DNA from: Promethearchaeota archaeon
GTDB taxonomy: Archaea > Asgardarchaeota > Heimdallarchaeia > Hodarchaeales > Hodarchaeaceae
NCBI GenBank assembly: GCA_048938105.1
Contig: JBHLMN010000012.1
Span: 32,001 to 96,000 of the forward strand
Direction of reading: 5' to 3'
Length of the DNA: 64,000 bases
The position numbers and the translations under genes are program-made. The notes under the pieces were generated by a model. The model saw only the letters and a list, made by a program, of their open reading frames with translations. It searched no databases and had not been told where the DNA came from. Shown here one piece after another: positions 61,404-64,000 of the stretch; the first letter of the stretch is position 1, and each line of letters opens with the position of its first letter.

Positions 61404-62024
61404 ATTATTCTATCCTCTGTACCATCTTGTTATTTATATCTTGTGAAAGATGTCGAGGGATGACAGATAGTGTTGGACTTTTCTCTTAATATATTCTAAG
61501 TATTCATTTAAATATCTATGACCCCAGAGATGGACATGAGAATCAAAAATTTTGTACGTATGGGTGTCTTCAAGATTGATTAATGGATTTGAAACAGAAA
61601 ATATCTTCTCTACCGTCTGTCTTTCGATTCAATGAAATTACAACTGAAAAATGAAGTTGTTTTTTCAAAAAACTTTAGAACAGGTTTACTGATGTAACTA
61701 ATAAGATTTCATAACTTCGTTGGGAATTTTCAGAATCTATCACCTTGATGTGTTAGGATTGCAGACAGACGAATTGATAAAGGATATATTGCAGAGTTAA
61801 CAGAAATTGCCCAGATACCATGAACAAACAATAGATGAGGACCAATCCAAAAGAATATGTAAACAATGTAACAGAACATTAGTGGGAATTGGGAACTCAT
61901 ATTTTTGTCCAAAATGTGGTCTGGAAAAACCGAGACCATTTTTCACGTAATTAAACTTATTAACTAGAATGATTACTCCCTCCAGATATTAGAATTCTAG
62001 TAAAAGATGAGATGAGGTATTAAC

Positions 62025-64000
62025 ATGAATAGATATAGACATATTTTTCTTGTATTAATCCTATTTTTTTCATTCCTAACTTTAGAGATAAGGGTCAAAA
62101 ATACGCTAGAAGCCACACCATTAAGTGTAGCATGTGTTTTTGGAGTTGGGGGTCTTGGTGACAAGGGTTTCAATGACATGGCTTATTTAGGACTTCAAAA
62201 AGCTCAAACTGACGGTTTATGTACTTTTTCGTATAAAGAACCAGCTAACATTGGAGAAGCAGAAATATTCCTCCAATCTTTTGCTGCTGATGGTATTTAT
62301 GATCTAATCATTTCTGTTGGTTCTTCTTATCAACAAGCAGTAAATGGTACTGCTCAAGCATATCCAAATCAAGCTATCCTTTCAATTGATACTGTAGTTA
62401 ATCAAGGAAACGTAAGCTCAGTCTTATTTGAAACTAATGAAGGTTCATTTCTTGTAGGAGCATTAGCGGGATCAATGTCTAAAACAGGAAGGATTGGTTT
62501 CATTGGAGGCCAAGATATCCCACTCATTCGTGAATTTTGGGCTGGTTTTGTTGCTGGAGCTTATTATGTAAAGAATGATTCCTATATTGAAGTTTATGAT
62601 GATTATGTCGGAGATTTTGGCGACCCTGCAACAGCTAAAACAATGGCCGAAGATATGTGGAAAGAAGGAATAGATATAATTTTTGCAGCTGCAGGAAAAA
62701 GTGGCATTGGAGTTTTAGAGTCCGCAAATGAAACAAGGGGTGTTTATGCCATCGGAGTTGATTCAAATCAAGATAATTTATACCCAGGGGAGGTTTTAAC
62801 TTCAATGATGAAGCGATTAGATTTAGCAATCTATAGTGCTATTGAAGATATCTTAAATGCTAGATGGCATAATGATCTTAAAAAGCTAGGACTATCCGAA
62901 GATGGAGTCAGCCTCACCCCAATGGCACATACAAAAGATTTAATTGGAACACAAATAATTGATAGAGTTAATGTTACCCTACGGAATAAAATTATTAATA
63001 ATGAAATTAGTGTTCCCACCAACTTTTCAAGTTTATCTCAATGGATTACTGATTTGAATATCATAAATAAATCCTATACACCTTTTTCTGGTGTAATTTC
63101 AGTAGTTAATGATAATGAATTTAGTCCAACATTTAGTGGATCAGGTACACCTTCCAATCCTTATATAATTGAAGGATTGTATATTAATGAAGCTAGTGGA
63201 GTTTTAATCTCCATTAGTGACACAAGGGCTAATTTTAGGATAAGTAATAATCTAATAAATGGATATTTAACCTCTGGCCACGGAATATATCTTTCAAATG
63301 TAACTCATGGGAATTTCTCCCATAATGCGATTATTAACTGTGGAGGGATTGCGACATATGATTCAGAAAATAATACCATTATTGAAAATAGCATAATCAA
63401 CTGCGGATATGGTATTTATTTTGAATCATCTAATTACAGTCTAATATCGGGAAATTGGATGTATGACAACAAATATAATGGCATCAAATTTGTCGGATCT
63501 TCGGTTAATAACACAATAACATGGAATACTGTTTTTAAAAATGGGCTTTATTCCCCTAATGTTGAGGCAGGAATTTATATTAGAGAACATTCTTATAATA
63601 CTACTATCTCACATAACACTGTGCATAGCAATGGACATCATGGGATCTCTTTCATCATATCTGAAGGGAATAGTTATACTAATATAAACTATAACGTCGT
63701 TTATAAGAATAATTGGGGAATTGGTCTTGGTGGATATTATTTGGGTCAGATTTCAACAGGTGAAGTTACAATTATGAATAATGAGGCTTATCAAAATGAT
63801 ATGAGAGGGATTCAGCTTAGTGAATGCGTTGGAGGCATCATCTCTAATAACACAGTATATGGAAATCTCGATGGAGGGATTGGGTTCTACAGTAGCGAAG
63901 CAAATACCATTCAGTTCAATTCAATTCATTCTAATGGAAAACCAACAGTTTGTAATGGAGTATGCGCATCAACAGCTCAATTAAGCTTAAGTTTTGATTG
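62025..64000 (+). CDS. BMP-family substrate-binding domain fused to NosD-like parallel beta-helix repeats (runs off the window; not in the ORF track)
   Basis: Manual translation: signal peptide MNRYRHIFLVLILFF, GGLGDKGFND, EGSFLVGALAG, IFAAAGKSG, AIGVDSNQ, then GSGTPSNPYIIEG and NNTI/GIY repeats; GAGGT SD. Confidence 0.85.
   Translation, partial: MNRYRHIFLVLILFFSFLTLEIRVKNTLEATPLSVACVFGVGGLGDKGFNDMAYLGLQKAQTDGLCTFSYKEPANIGEAEIFLQSFAADGIYDLIISVGSSYQQAVNGTAQAYPNQAILSIDTVVNQGNVSSVLFETNEGSFLVGALAGSMSKTGRIGFIGGQDIPLIREFWAGFVAGAYYVKNDSYIEVYDDYVGDFGDPATAKTMAEDMWKEGIDIIFAAAGKSGIGVLESANETRGVYAIGVDSNQDNLYPGEVLTSMMKRLDLAIYSAIEDILNARWHNDLKKLGLSEDGVSLTPMAHTKDLIGTQIIDRVNVTLRNKIINNEISVPTNFSSLSQWITDLNIINKSYTPFSGVISVVNDNEFSPTFSGSGTPSNPYIIEGLYINEASGVLISISDTRANFRISNNLINGYLTSGHGIYLSNVTHGNFSHNAIINCGGIATYDSENNTIIENSIINCGYGIYFESSNYSLISGNWMYDNKYNGIKFVGSSVNNTITWNTVFKNGLYSPNVEAGIYIREHSYNTTISHNTVHSNGHHGISFIISEGNSYTNINYNVVYKNNWGIGLGGYYLGQISTGEVTIMNNEAYQNDMRGIQLSECVGGIISNNTVYGNLDGGIGFYSSEANTIQFNSIHSNGKPTVCNGVCASTAQLSLSFD

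Noticed and set aside
4930-63022. Numerous 60-140 aa ORFs nested in or antisense to long genes (e.g. 9158-9490, 34164-34589, 47601-47894, 62635-63022)
   Set aside because: Shadow frames of well-supported genes with no independent coding signal.

Overview
AT-rich (roughly 30% GC by eye) window, most likely from an archaeon. A TFIIB-like cyclin fold, a PCI-like winged helix and a BMP-NosD surface protein suggest an Asgard/Heimdallarchaeia-type host (inference). About 60 kb is a dense antiviral defence island. From left to right it holds: an ABC-ATPase + TOPRIM pair; a cluster of four TIR genes, including a TIR-NTPase-LRR protein and two ThsB-like genes; a PIN toxin-antitoxin pair; a metallophosphoesterase-ATPase; HEPN proteins; a viperin gene divergent from an HTH-CARF / CARF / PIN operon, with two tandem palindromic operators between them; a Mokosh-like SF1 helicase-X-PLD operon; an ATPase + Cas4-like nuclease-HerA operon; a trypsin-like protease; an HD-domain operon; and an atypical DNA-phosphorothioation-like locus facing a pbe-like arm. 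The island ends near 60.7 kb, before a BMP-NosD gene. The most striking unannotated signal is a family of 11 intergenic 28-bp sites (11-bp arm, 6-bp spacer, 11-bp arm; consensus ATGTCGTCAAA-CCAGCC-TTTTRCGACMT). They lie between functional modules and look like dif/Xer-type recombination sites, suggesting a cassette-built defence island. No rRNA, tRNA, CRISPR array, transposase or integrase was recognised. All family assignments come from reading motifs by eye; no searches were run.
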